From assembly GCF_004010195.1 (NCBI RefSeq), contig NC_057717.1, positions 104,598,937 to 104,662,936 of the forward strand: a DNA stretch of 64,000 nt, read 5' to 3'. The notes under the pieces are model-generated. The model did not search any database. It was given only the letters and a program-made list of their open reading frames with translations, and had not been told where the DNA came from. How positions within the stretch are numbered: position 1 is the first letter of the stretch; each line of letters starts with the position of its first letter. The translations under genes were made by a program, and so were the position numbers. The stretch comes from Chiloscyllium plagiosum. Its lineage: Eukaryota. Positions 50,200 to 62,591 of the stretch are shown here, piece after piece.

Positions 50200-53100
50200 A
50201 CACCATTATTGAAAGTCCTAAAATACACCATTTCAATGGGTTTATAAAGGCATTTGCAGACTTACTTCTCCACTAGTAAGTGATATATAAATTATTTATT
50301 CATAATATTGAAATATTATTCATCTTTCCTTTCCCCAGAAAGCTGGGGTCTTCATTTCCTGAACAGTTGGTGCAAGCTTTCTTGTCAGCAGTTCACTTGG
50401 TTGCAGCAAAGTCTGTTGTGCTGGGCAATTCATGGAGCAAGCTCACATTCCAATTTAAAATGCAGGTGTATCCTGAATCAACCACACCTGCAGAAAAGTT
50501 CCATGTGACACGTTGATAATCTTCAAATGAAAACTACAACCAATGTTTATCTATTGTCGATCTTCGATTTGTGTTTAGGCCTTAACTAAATGATAATTAC
50601 TTCAAAATCTCAGCCAGTTTTTCCAAGTTATGTCTGATGTTAATGGCCTTTTGCTATTTAAAATAAAATGCTTATTTTCAGTGTACCTCAAGCTATGAGT
50701 TGCTGTGCATGTCTGTTATTTTCATTGGTTGTGGCTGGCCAGGTTTTCAAAGAAAAGATTTTGAAACATTGACAGCAGTAATAAGCTTCAGGTAGTTTCG
50801 CATCTGTGGCAATTTAGTCACTGCATTTAGCTTAGTCAATGGTCAGATGTTTGACCATCATAAGAGGAGATATGGTAGTGTGTAACAGTGTTTGTTTGGA
50901 AGCATATATTGAGATTGGAAGAATTTATGAAGAATGGAGTTTGGATTGTGCTGCCATTTACATTTTCAGATAAACCCATCATGAGAAGACACTAAACAGA
51001 AGATGGGTTCCTCCTTGTTTAGGGGTACAGGAGAATTTAAATCAAAGTCTTTACTGCTTTACTACACCTCCAGGACAGTCACAACACCGCAATGGCAGAC
51101 TCTATAAATAAATTCTGCCTTTATTTAGTTTGTCTGAGAAGCAGCATGTGATAGATACTTCAGAGAAGGAGGAGGAGAGGAAATATAAAATAACTTTCTC
51201 AGAGGGGAAAATAAATTAAATCAGGACTGAATCTTACTGTCAGTGAAATGGTCACTGAGATATATTTAATTCATAGCAGATATATACATTTTTGTACTGT
51301 ATATGTTCTGGAGCATGAGTGCCAATGAGAGAAATTAAGTAGGCTGAAGCATCTTCTGTCTGGCAACATCCCGTTCAACAAAATATATTCCCCTCACCGT
51401 GAAAGCTCATTATGATAAATATTGTCAAGCAACCTAGACCTTAGGTAGGAATTTGTTGCAAGTCTAATTGCATCCATACAATAACATCCATTAAATATTG
51501 GCAAAATAATACAAGAAATATATATCAAAATAAAAACAGAAGACAATATTCATCAATCTCTGACGAACTAACCCATTGTCCAAAAATACATTTAACCCTG
51601 GGAATATAAGCACATGTCCATTAAGCTGACAGTTTCCATGAAAACAATAAGACTTAAAGCTTTTTTTTTGTGTAAAGTTTACTTTTGTTGCCATTGTACC
51701 TGTGTCTAGATAGATAATTGGAATAAGTTTCAAGATGGCAGCAAGATGTATGGGTGAATCAATTTTCTGTTCTTGATATGGGACTGAACTACATAACTAA
51801 TTTTACAGCACATCTTTCAAAATTCTTTTCTTAAATGATGGAAAGGTACATTTATTAGTATGCCGCACCCATCCCACCATGTAAACTCCCCCATTTGAGA
51901 GAACGAAAGCTGAACCAAAATAAAGAGATGGAAAGCCCGATTATAAAACAATTATAAAACAATTAAAATCTCAGTTCAACACTTGGTTTGAAGTCTGATG
52001 TTCTGTCAGATAGTTGGAAAACAATGATCATTCATTTTCAACTACTTGATTTGGAAATATTTTCCTCTTTTAGTTGTATTAGAGTTTTAAAAGTAATTTG
52101 TGATTAGTTAGCCTTTTGCATCATTCACATGACTGAGTTTTTTGTGATGGCTTATTATTAAAATAGTTGTGATAAAAATATAAAAATAAGATTGCTCATT
52201 GTAGTTGTCACCACCAGACCTCACTAAATTTGTTACTGACCAAAGATATTTTTCCTTTTACTTTCCTCACATTGTAATCAGGATATTCCTAATTAGCTCC
52301 CACAGCACTGGAATATTTTATGGACGATATTCTCAGCTGTGATTCCTGCTGAAGGCATTGGAAGGTGTCTCATAGTGTACCTGTCCTTCCTAGGCAATCA
52401 AACCAGAAGTTGGTAGCTGGTTGGTACAGGTCTGGTTGGTACATCTTTTGAGCACACCATCCTTCAGAAAATTGCTCCACACAGGAGAGATTCATGAGCT
52501 AACCAGCTGCATCAAACCCCAACAAGAACATTTACATCCATTCTTTCACTCAAGTATATAAACAACAAAACTTTACACAAAAAGGTTAGGACACGATCTG
52601 GCAGCCAAGTGGATCAGATTGACAATGATGTCACAGCCGAAGCTGGAGAACAGAATGCAGTCAAAACTTTACGAGATCACCTCCATTTCAATTTGACATT
52701 TGGATGTTTTGTAATTCTCTTTTTCCTGTTGTACCCCTTTCATGTCTCAGGTGACAGTAACATAACAGTTTGTCCCTGCAGTGTCTGACAAGGTGTTTTA
52801 TATTAATAAAATTCTTCATACATAAATATATGTATCTATATATTTATATATTTCCCAGAAATTTATAAGCTCTATCTTTTGGAACTATATTAATTATAAA
52901 TTCACATCATTATCTTATTCTAAGAGAACCATTAAAGTATTTACAATAAGGAGGATGCATAGCCTTAGCAAACACATGTACACAAAAATGTGTTCATTAT
53001 TATCTTGTTGCTGTTTAAATGGTCCTGCATTCACATATTAGAAGTTTTCCCAGTATTTTCCTGCTCTTTCAGACATGCTGAGAACATGCTGATATTTTAC

Positions 53101-55859
53101 AAGGTGCTGGAGAGTTTAGGAGATGTGATACCCTTCATTGTATGTGGACTCCGTGGACAACACACCTGCACATAGCATCACAGAAATCAAAGTGACTTAA
53201 GACCTCTGCTTTACTCCATCTTTGACAGACACATTTGGCTAGTGCACATTTCTGTTGTCCCCACAGTTAGTGCTTTTGTATATTTTAAGGCTTGCACATT
53301 TTGAAAATGCTCATCTGAGGGCAGTATTGCACTGGGGATGGGTGCTGAAGGAGCTATGTGGGCTCTATATCATAGACCGTCATTTGCTATATTCTGGAGC
53401 CACACCTTCAGTATGTTTCCACGCTCCCCCCCTTCCCCCCTCACCCAGTGTTGGAAACATGCAATAGAATCCATGTTATAAAAAGACTCATGGATCAGTT
53501 CAAATGTACTGACTGACTGACAATGGATCAGGCAAGAAATATGAACCAGTGCAAGTATTTAGGCATGCTTCATAAGCCTAATTCTCCTTGTTTGTTTGCC
53601 TTCCACCTCTATCCTCTCTACTTGTCTAATATCTTGGAAGCTTAGTCAACATGAATCAGGCTCCATAGCAAAGTAAAACTAATCCTGATCTTCCAGGCTT
53701 AATGGGGAAAATAAACTGGAAAGTAAACTGAAGCCAAAACTCCAGAAAATCCAGCCTGTGCACATGGGATGTAGACAGTGATGGATACCATCTCAGTACT
53801 ACCAATTCAGTACACTAGCAAACTAGCTGCATACATATGAATTCTGATAGGGGAAAGTGAGGTTCTGATTGTACCTGTTCGGTTCCTTTTTACATCTTTT
53901 TCATGTTTATTGCATTTTGCATCAGATTCCTCCTTCGAATATTTGCCAGACCCAACCACATGCTGTGTGATTACAAGAGAATATCTTTCACAAAGTTCAC
54001 TGACAGGTCCAACATCTGGGGGTGAGGAAGGGGCAAATGGCTTTTCTCTTCAGAGACAGGTTTTTGAAAAGAAACTGCAACTGGAATGTACAATTTGAAG
54101 TTTCATGCACATTATCCCACACCCTTTTTCTCCTTTCCGTATACCTTACTGTTGTGAAACAAGAAACTTTGCTACTTTAACTCACCAAGACTCTCAAAGA
54201 ATGTCAAATTTCTCATCATCCTCAGTCTTTTCTTTGCTGTTATAATTTACAAGTTCTTAAAATGTAACCCCAATAAATCTCGCCTTGACTCCTATGCTAC
54301 CAATGTATGCAGCATCTTGGACAGATCATTTATGTCTGCAGTTGAGGGCAACACAATTAATCTGTTGCTATCTGATGAGGATAACCAGCAACTTTAAACA
54401 CAACGTCAACATGTCCTGGGCAGATGGACAATCAGGGTAAGTGAATGAAGGAAATCAAAGGATTGTACAATCTACCTGGTTGCTGGATGTTGCAATGTAT
54501 TCAGTACTGGGTAGTGATTAACAGCATTCAAGCTTATTGAAATTGGACCCCAATGCAAGATTTAAGCTAATTCAAAACCCAGACACTTGCTTGTTGTTAA
54601 AATTGTGTCCTTTAAGTTGGTTAAATAGAACTTAACCTTTTAAAGAGAAGCATGCTATTACCCAAAATTGCTTTAAAGAGGCATTAATAAATATGCAGCT
54701 TTTAATTAACCTGCAGAAAACTTGCATAACCATTTCCCCACCTCCCCATCACACTGTGCCTGCTAAGATTTAGCAAATTTGGAGATGCTAGACTGAGCTG
54801 AGTAAAGCAGGCACAATCTGCACAATCCTTAATTAAGGAGGAAATGCAGGGAAGGAAATTTTGAAAAATTTACAAACAATCCTAATGGATTGAATCACAA
54901 AGACACAGGAGATAGTGTTTCACATAAAGCATGCACTCCGTTTTGTGCTGGGCTGGTATATTTTACTTGCTCCCATGTTCATTGTAATTGCCTTACACAA
55001 AATGATTCACCTTCCTCTGATCTTCTCATCAACCAAGAGCCCCTGGTGAGGAGGAAATTATATCCAAACTTGTTCAATTGACAGGCTTGAAAAAGCAGAA
55101 TTACAAATTAAATGGAAATGATCTCACAATAGTTAAAAAAATTAACTATTATCTGGCAACTTCCTCCATCTTACATGCCCCTCCCCTCCGCGCACAATCC
55201 CTCCCCCCTCCCCTGTACGTACGCAAAATCAAAGTGCTCTTGAATGGGGCATGCTCTTTCCATAGCGTGAGAGCTTCATGAGGATTCCATGCTGTGATAG
55301 GCTGTTCTGATGAGGCAAGAAGGCACACAACAGAACTTTCAAGCTGGTAGATGGATTTCTTATTTTTCTCTTCTCATTTGTCATTGCTTAGAGCCCACAC
55401 CTCAGAAATGACAGTAATATCGCAGGCATTCAGATGAATTTATGTGATTGAACATGTTGTGCACTGGATAACCTTCATTCCCCCATACAATATCAATATA
55501 TATTAACAGGTAACAGATGATAAAACTCATCAATGAAACCCAACAGTTTCCAAAAGTCCTTTTAGGATTTTGTTTACTTCTTTTTTCCTCTCCTTATTTA
55601 TGTTAGAGACAACTAAACCTGTTATAGGGACCCACATGAGTCGTAGTTTCTTGCAATGTCCCCATTTTGATTTATTTTTACACATGCTCCAAACCCCCAC
55701 CCAATAAAGATTAGTTTAAAATTTTTTTCAGTTTTTTTTCCTTTCTCCCATTTTTTGTTTTTTTTTCAAACTTTTTTTTAGAAGGCTAGAGCTTCTCAGG
55801 TCCTAAGAGGCCCAGAGAGTCCCCCTGACGTGCTTGGCAATGTAAGATGAATGTTAGGG
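50200..55859 (-). other. Probable long CACNA1A 3' UTR (3' end undefined)
   Basis: Follows the stop codon and has no recognisable transposon for ~5.6 kb. Candidate minus-strand AATAAA signals (TTTATT on plus) lie at 55671, 53906, 51851, ~51119 and ~50295. Confidence 0.5.
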
Positions 55860-56480
55860 CTAGCACCAGTCATCCTCATCAGTTTCACTGTAGGGTTCAT
55901 GCATTCCTTTTCTTGTGCCAGGTCCTTTTGTTTTCATCGCCCCGAGATTGTGATAGTACCCATTTGGTACTCGTCGCCCATGCCGTGAAGGGGACACAGA
56001 GGATGACGTCACCCGAGAAGTCCTGGGCGACCTTCCGGAACTTGTTGCTATGGCAGCCTCGAAGGTCAGAGTTTCCTCGCTTGGCACATCATAGTCAGGG
56101 CTGCAGTAATAGTTATCATTGTGAGATCCCAGGTAAGGCTCAGATACGTGGGAGCTGGGAGTGGACCAGCGGCTGCTGCTTTGGCGATTTAGTCGTGGGG
56201 ACTCGTTACGGGGGATGGTGCTTCTCTCCATAGCGGGAGACCTGCTGCTGCTCTGCCGCTCCCCCCTCTGATGCTCCGGGGGCGGTGGTGAGTACCTGCG
56301 TGGCACGGGGGTTGGTATCCTGCCCTGCTGTGATGTATTCATGGCTTTTCGCACCACAGGGGAGTAGGTGACATGCGGCCTAGGTGTGGAGGGAGTCTGG
56401 GGAAGTTGCCTGCGTCCGCGCCTTGGTGTGCTGGTGCCAGAAGTGGAAGGTACTGGACTCCCACTCACAGAACTACTGCC
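55860..56480 (-). CDS. CACNA1A: Terminal coding exon (equivalent to human exon 47, long C-terminus) of the P/Q-type calcium channel alpha-1A subunit Cav2.1. Upstream exons were not recognised in this window.
   Basis: Translation from the acceptor reads [46 protein letters not shown]...RRVPNGYY...[17 protein letters not shown]. This matches the Cav2.1 tail, including the RQLPQTP SH3-ligand and DDWC PDZ-ligand motifs. A polypyrimidine tract and ttttcatgtag acceptor precede it on the minus strand. Confidence 0.93.
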   Translation of the reverse strand, partial: GSSSVSGSPVPSTSGTSTPRRGRRQLPQTPSTPRPHVTYSPVVRKAMNTSQQGRIPTPVPRRYSPPPPEHQRGERQSSSRSPAMERSTIPRNESPRLNRQSSSRWSTPSSHVSEPYLGSHNDNYYCSPDYDVPSEETLTFEAAIATSSGRSPRTSRVTSSSVSPSRHGRRVPNGYYHNLGAMKTKGPGTRKGMHEPYSETDEDDWC

Positions 56481-56640
56481 CTACATGAAAATTGAAACAA
56501 AGCAAATCAAAAAATAAAAAACCAGGAGAAAAAACACAGACAGAAAAACATTGAAGAAAGCAAAGAGATAACAAAAGGAAAAAGGGGAAGCAACGATCAC
56601 AGAACAAAAAGTCAAAAGAAAGTAAAAAGAGAAAGTGACG
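56473..56640 (-). promoter_or_regulatory. Tandem splice acceptor tag|GGCAG|TAG with a long polypyrimidine tract (CACNA1A last intron)
   Basis: The minus strand reads ...ttgctttgtttcaattttcatgtag GGCAG TAG TTCTGTG. AG dinucleotides end at 56481, 56476 and 56473. About 150 nt of T/C-rich sequence lie upstream. Confidence 0.88.
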
Positions 56641-57849
56641 TCTGTAAGTCAAGGGGTTAAAGAGAGCAGACATGTCCTTTTAGTTTACAAGGGTTTAAAA
56701 CCATATTGTTAGGCCATACACATTAAACAGTTCGGAATCTATCAAGAAAAAATGGGAAATACTATGAATGTTGGAAATCCAAAATCTAAGCAGGAAAACT
56801 GATGCTATGGATATGTTTGTAGCTGAAAGAAAAGATGGATTAATTTTTTTGGGGAGATTGGAGACCTGACCCAGGTTGAAACTGGAAACATCTGATGTTC
56901 TTCCCTTCACCTTTGGACTTGTGTATGTCAGGCCCTTAAAAATGAGTAAACCAACCTAACTGGGGAGGACCCATTCCTCCTGGAAAAGCTAACTTAGTGA
57001 CCCTTTCAGATGCTGACCGAGCCACTGTGCATTTCTAGCATTTTTTTTCAACCAAATTTTGCTAGGGAAAATTTTGCTAGGTATGTTTCCTGATGTAGAG
57101 AATATCAGAATGTAAAAGAAGTCATTTATAATAACAAAGCTATTGTACAGGTTATTTTACAGTTACATGCTCTAACCTATCTGAATCTCTGACATTGACC
57201 CCATCTAGTGCACCCACCTAAGACCCAACAAAGTCTCCCTAGTCAATCCAAATCCACTTTAGACAAATCCAAGGTGCTTCCACTCACTATTCAAGATTAT
57301 TTTGTTCCTGAACCAGGCAAACTTCATTTGATATCAATTCTATAAGAAAACTGCATTCTTTCATGACAGGTAGAGTGGAGCTGTCTTCTAGGTTAATTAA
57401 TGATATTTTCACTAATTTTAACCACCTATAAACATGCATGAGTATTACAGTCAATTTTACCCCAAATACAATGGACAAAATAAATGAGAATCTCAAAATA
57501 AAAAATATAAAATTTAGGAAAAGATAAAATTAGGTACAAATATAAAAGGACTTGGCGATATAGTCTGAGCAACTGATGGAAGAATCTTATTAGATGTAGT
57601 TTTAATTGCCTACTGTGCAAAGAATAGGAATTTTCATCTCTTCCTCACATTCAAATCTTCTCCAATACTTTGAATCCATTCCTACTATGTGTGCTTTAGC
57701 TGTTGGACTGCTGTATTTTTTATCAGTGTTTTCTCTCTCTTTCACGATGGTGCTTCCTAGCATACAGCTTCCTCGAGGACCTCAGCCCATTGAATCCTCA
57801 TTCTTCACATCTGAGAGTGAACAGTGAGCCTAGGCAGGCTGTTTGATGT

Positions 57850-58990
57850 CATAAGGCCGTAAAATATAGGAGCAGAATTAGGTAATTTGGCTCAACATGT
57901 CTGCATGGCCATTCGACCATGGCAAATGTTTCTCAACCCCATTCTCCTGCTTTCTCCCTGTAACCTTTGAGCTCCATTCTAATTAAGAACTTATCTACCT
58001 CTGTCTTAAATACACTTAATAATTTGTTTTCCACAGACTTCTATGGTAATGAGTTCCAAAGATTCACAGTCTCTGGCTGGAGAAATTCTTCCTCATCTCT
58101 GTTCTAAAGGGTCCTCTCTTCACTCTGAGGCTGTGCCCTCATGTTGTAGTCTCTCCTATTGTGGAAACACCTTCTCCACATCCACTCTCTTCAGGCCTCT
58201 CAGTATTCTGTAAGTTTCAATAAGATCCTCCTCATTCGTTTAAAGTCCATTGACTACAGACCCAGAGTGCTCAACCAATCCTCATATAACAAGCTTTTCA
58301 TCCCTGGGATTATTCTTGTGAGCCTCTTCTGGACTCTCTCCAAGGCCAGGACATCCTTCCTTAGAAATGGGGTCCAAACTGCTCACAATATTCCAAATGT
58401 AGTCTGACCAGAGCCTTAGACAGTCTCTGCAGTATATCCCTGCTCTTGTATTCTAGTCCTTTCAACCTGAGTGTTAACATTACATTTGCCTTCCTAACTG
58501 CCAACTGAACCTGTATGTTAACCTTAAGAGAGTCCAGAATTAGGATGCCCATGACCCTTTGTGCTTCAGATTTTGGAAGCCTTTCCCCATTTAGAAAATA
58601 GTCTATGCCTCTATTTTTCCTACCAAAGTGCATAACTTCACACTTCCACATATTGTATTCCGACTGCCACTTCTTTGTCCTATCCTAGCCTAAGTTCTTT
58701 TGCAGCCTCCCTGTGTTCTCAACATTATCTTTCTCTCCACTATCTTCATGTAATTTGCAAACTTAGCAACATTTCCCTCTGTTCCTTTGTCCAGATCATT
58801 AATATATAATGTGAATAGTTGTGGTCCCAGTGCCACCCCTGCGGAACTCTACTCATCACTAGCTGTCATCCTGCAAAAGACCCTTTTATCTCCACTCCCT
58901 GCCTTCTGCCAGTCAGCCAGTCCTCTATTCCTGCCATTACCTTGCTGCTAACATCATAGGCACTGCCTTATTTAGCAGCCTAAGTAGGCA
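57850..58990 (-). mobile_element. CR1-type LINE RT/3' fragment in the last CACNA1A intron
   Basis: Minus strand encodes KCEVMHFGRKN...YFLNGERL...AVRKAN.ML...LEYKSRD...LVRLHLEYCEQF, with the 3' tail at ~57850-57960. Confidence 0.88.
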
Positions 58991-61186
58991 CCCCATGGAG
59001 CATTCAGCTGAAGAAAATTCTATCCTCATGTAGTGTGTACTTACACATATACATTTTACGATGGGAGGCTTTTGGATAACGATTACCTGTAGTATGCCCT
59101 AGATGTTTCCTCCACTCCCTAGCACAGGAGAGCTGAAATGGATTGTAGCTCTCTCCTGTTACCTGATCTTTGATTTGTTGTTTTACATAGATGAGGGACA
59201 TTAAACTGAAATTATTTTAACGAATCGTCCTCTGGATACTCAGATATAGCTTCAGATGTAGCACCAATCTAGAGCTCTAGTAATATAGCATGGAGGTGTT
59301 TTCTTTGCTTGCAGAGTTTTGGAAGCTGTAGATCAATAGTTTTGATTTTCTAAGCATTGTGACTCTATTAGATTGAAGAATGTAAAGTAATGGACAATAC
59401 AGAAAACATAAACCTCAAACTTCAAATTAAATTGATAGAACAGGAGAAGTGGACAGAGTTTGAAAAGTATAAAACTAATCTCGAAGTTCTTCACATAAAA
59501 ATGAAATGGGCTTCTAGGCAGTGTAATGGAGATGGAAATTGTTTAAGGATGTACAGACGATATGATGGCAAACAATAGGCTTGTTTTGAGTGATGCACTA
59601 AAATGGTCCAAAATGATTTCAATACCTGTGCCTTACATTATGTCTCAGGTGAGGAGCAGTGATAAGAGGAGGCAAAAGGCAAAAACTAAGGGAGGGAGGA
59701 AACAATGAAGTTTTACTGTTCTACAATACTCCTAATTCAGGTGTGATCTTCAGAAGGCACCAAATAAACACCAACCTCTTATTTGAGAGTTCTCACAAAG
59801 CCGGAAATAGCTCTTATGTACTGGTTATTGGGATTCCTTGGCCCAGGAACGTGTGCTGTGATTAGTTATAGAATTGAAAGAAAATAAAGTAGATTATGGG
59901 ATTTCTTTAATTGTGAGAGTCAATGCTGGGAAGCAAGATTTATGAGATTTTTGTAATAATGTGTTAGCTCCAAACACTAACAAGTCAAGTTCCAAAGGGA
60001 CAAGAGAACCTGGGGGAGAGCAGTGTAATCAGAAGAATGGATTGTACTCATATACAGCTGGTTGGTCCCAAAATGCTTGCAACCTCCAAACCTAGCATAG
60101 TAGATGAAAATCCTTTCAGGTCAAGAACATAAAACAAACACCCAGTGTCACACCATGTCAAGAGGATTAAAACTAATAATAGTTACTGCCTTTTAATCCA
60201 CTACTCAACCAATTCAGACTCATGCATATGTCTGTGGATTATTTCAATTTTTCTCAGTTTTTGAACATTTTCAATATCTTGACTATGATAACCCCTACAC
60301 GGTTCATGGGGAATAACTAATTAATCAGTCAATGGAGCTTGTTGAGTACGAGATCCCTTGGTCATAAGCATCAGTTAGCTGAGCTGGAATTCCAGCATTT
60401 TGTGTTTATCTTTCAGATTTTCCACACCTTAGAATCATAGAAACTCTGTATTGCAAACTTTGTTTGGATTTTTCTTAATTTAAAATCCATACCAGAGAAC
60501 AATTAAATGATAAGTATGCAGTTTACTGTCATTGTCACAAAAGACAGACCTGTCTCTTAGATGTCCAAGTTATCTGATCTCAGCCAAGATGTTGTTGAGA
60601 ATTGACCTCAGTGTCTCCTGGGTTAATGAAAGGAATAAATTATTCCAATCTGTTGTTCCTGATCACGATGTTGGAATATATTTTGTATGAATAGATAGCC
60701 GGCAAAAGATGAACAATGCTTGATCATTGAATAGCCTTCACATTTCTAGAGGGGAAGCTAAAGAAATGTTAGCACTAAAAAGGGAGACAATGAGGAAGGA
60801 AATTTATTTTTTCTGACAAGTGACCTGGTCTACATCAGGAAGTGAAACCACCACCACAGTATAAATATTGCAATGTCAGCAACTGAAAGCTACATAAGAA
60901 TGGCAGCTACTGAGCATATGTCCATCCCCCATAAAGGGTATATAAGCACTGCATGGTGCCATGTGTTTGGATGTGTATTCAATGTGTATGTGGGCTCCTT
61001 CAAAGCTGAAGTGGTCTAGTGTGGAGGAAGGTAGTCACCTTTCTGGTCTAACTGGAAATGTATTGTTGAGTAAACAATATGACGGTTATTGCATTACTGC
61101 AACTAATGATGATTACATAGATGTGACCTTGTTACTCCAAAGAATGTTAGAAGCAAGTCAGCCCCATCCCCGTCTCCTAACAGCAA

Positions 61187-61383
61187 AGTTAAAAATCACA
61201 CAACACCAGGTTAGAGTCCAACAGCTTTACTTCAAAGCACTAGCTTTCAGAGTGCTGATCCCACAACCACCTGATGAAGGAGCGGCGCTCCGAAAGCTAG
61301 TGCTTCCAAATAAACCTGTTGGACTATAACCTGGTGTTGTGTGAGTTTTATTTTGTACACCCCAGTCCAACACCTCCAAATCA
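61187..61383 (+). mobile_element. Second Penelope family: fold-back element with an intact minimal hammerhead ribozyme
   Basis: Inverted arms tcacacaacaccaggtta...aagcactagctttc and gaaagctagtgctt...taacctggtgttgtgtga. Core CAC-CTGATGA(61271)-A-GGAGC-GGC-GCTCC-GAAA-GCTA-GTG. TSD TCCTA(A/C)CAGCAA at 61175-61186 and 61384-61395. Confidence 0.87.
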
Positions 61384-62591
61384 TCCTACCAGCAACATCT
61401 TGACTCTGACCAAGTCCCTTCGACATCGTCACGGTGGATGGTGCTTATTGCAGTCAATCAAATATTAATCTTTTCAGATTCAAATACAATACCTACCTCT
61501 ACATTCATTATTAGCATTCCGCCCAAAATGTTTGACTTTACAAATTCCAGCCAACTCTCAGGTTTCATTGTTCTCCCTGAAAGTGGTTCAATTTAGACTT
61601 GGAAGAATGGTAGTTTGTTGGACAGCAGATAGTTGACTCAGACTGTTTTCCTAATGGCCTGAGGTCTGTAGTTCTCTATTGCACTGGAGGATCTATAATC
61701 TCTTGTATACATTAATGATGTATCCCTATTCTTTATAGTTGTTGGTATGGCCCTTGCTATATGTGGTAGTTTTTTCTTCTTTCTTGAATGTTTGCTTGCT
61801 TTTATATCTTTTAAATGGTATCTTCCTGGAGTTTATGCACCAAATTTGCATCAGTAGAATTTGGTCCTCATTCCATCTGAAGGTTTGTCCCACAGTGTGT
61901 AGACATTATTACTTCAACTTCTTGAGCTTTCTCGTTCCCTGACAGTAGTTGAATTATTGGTGAAACTAGATTGTTTACTTCCTCAATTCTTTACCTGGAA
62001 AGGCATTCTTGCTTGATGCTGTTATGTGTCGTACTATCGTTGGGAATTCTTCTTTGGAAGGTGAGGGTGGACATTTTGCTTGACCTGATTTTTTTCTTAA
62101 ACAACTCCGCCCCTAAAGCTAGTCTTGAATTTAGAATATATCTGTTCATTTAGACAATCTGATTTAATTAAATTGCAGATGCTGTCTGTGTTTAACTTCA
62201 CACCTCTCAAATAGTGGAGATATTGCCTCTTTGCATGCACTTCACTTTGAACTTACTTCAGTTTTGATAGCAGTGGAAAAAAAATTCAGCCAAACCACTT
62301 TAGTCAAAACTTTCCATTCTCAGTTACAACATGAAATTTTTCTTTTATTCCATTATCATTGACCTCTGGAGATTTGTTTTTTTTAAACTTTTAATCTCTT
62401 TATGAGATTATAATGCTCACTAAAATTTTCTACTGCTTTTCCTTAGCTTTTGTTGGTTAATCTCTTTCTCCTTTTAAATGTGATTGACATCAATATATAC
62501 CTGTCTACTTGGTTGTGAATTATATATTTTTTTCAGCATTTTATGTCCCTGATGTTGGAGAGGTGCTTGTAGCATACCTTTAACATTAATG

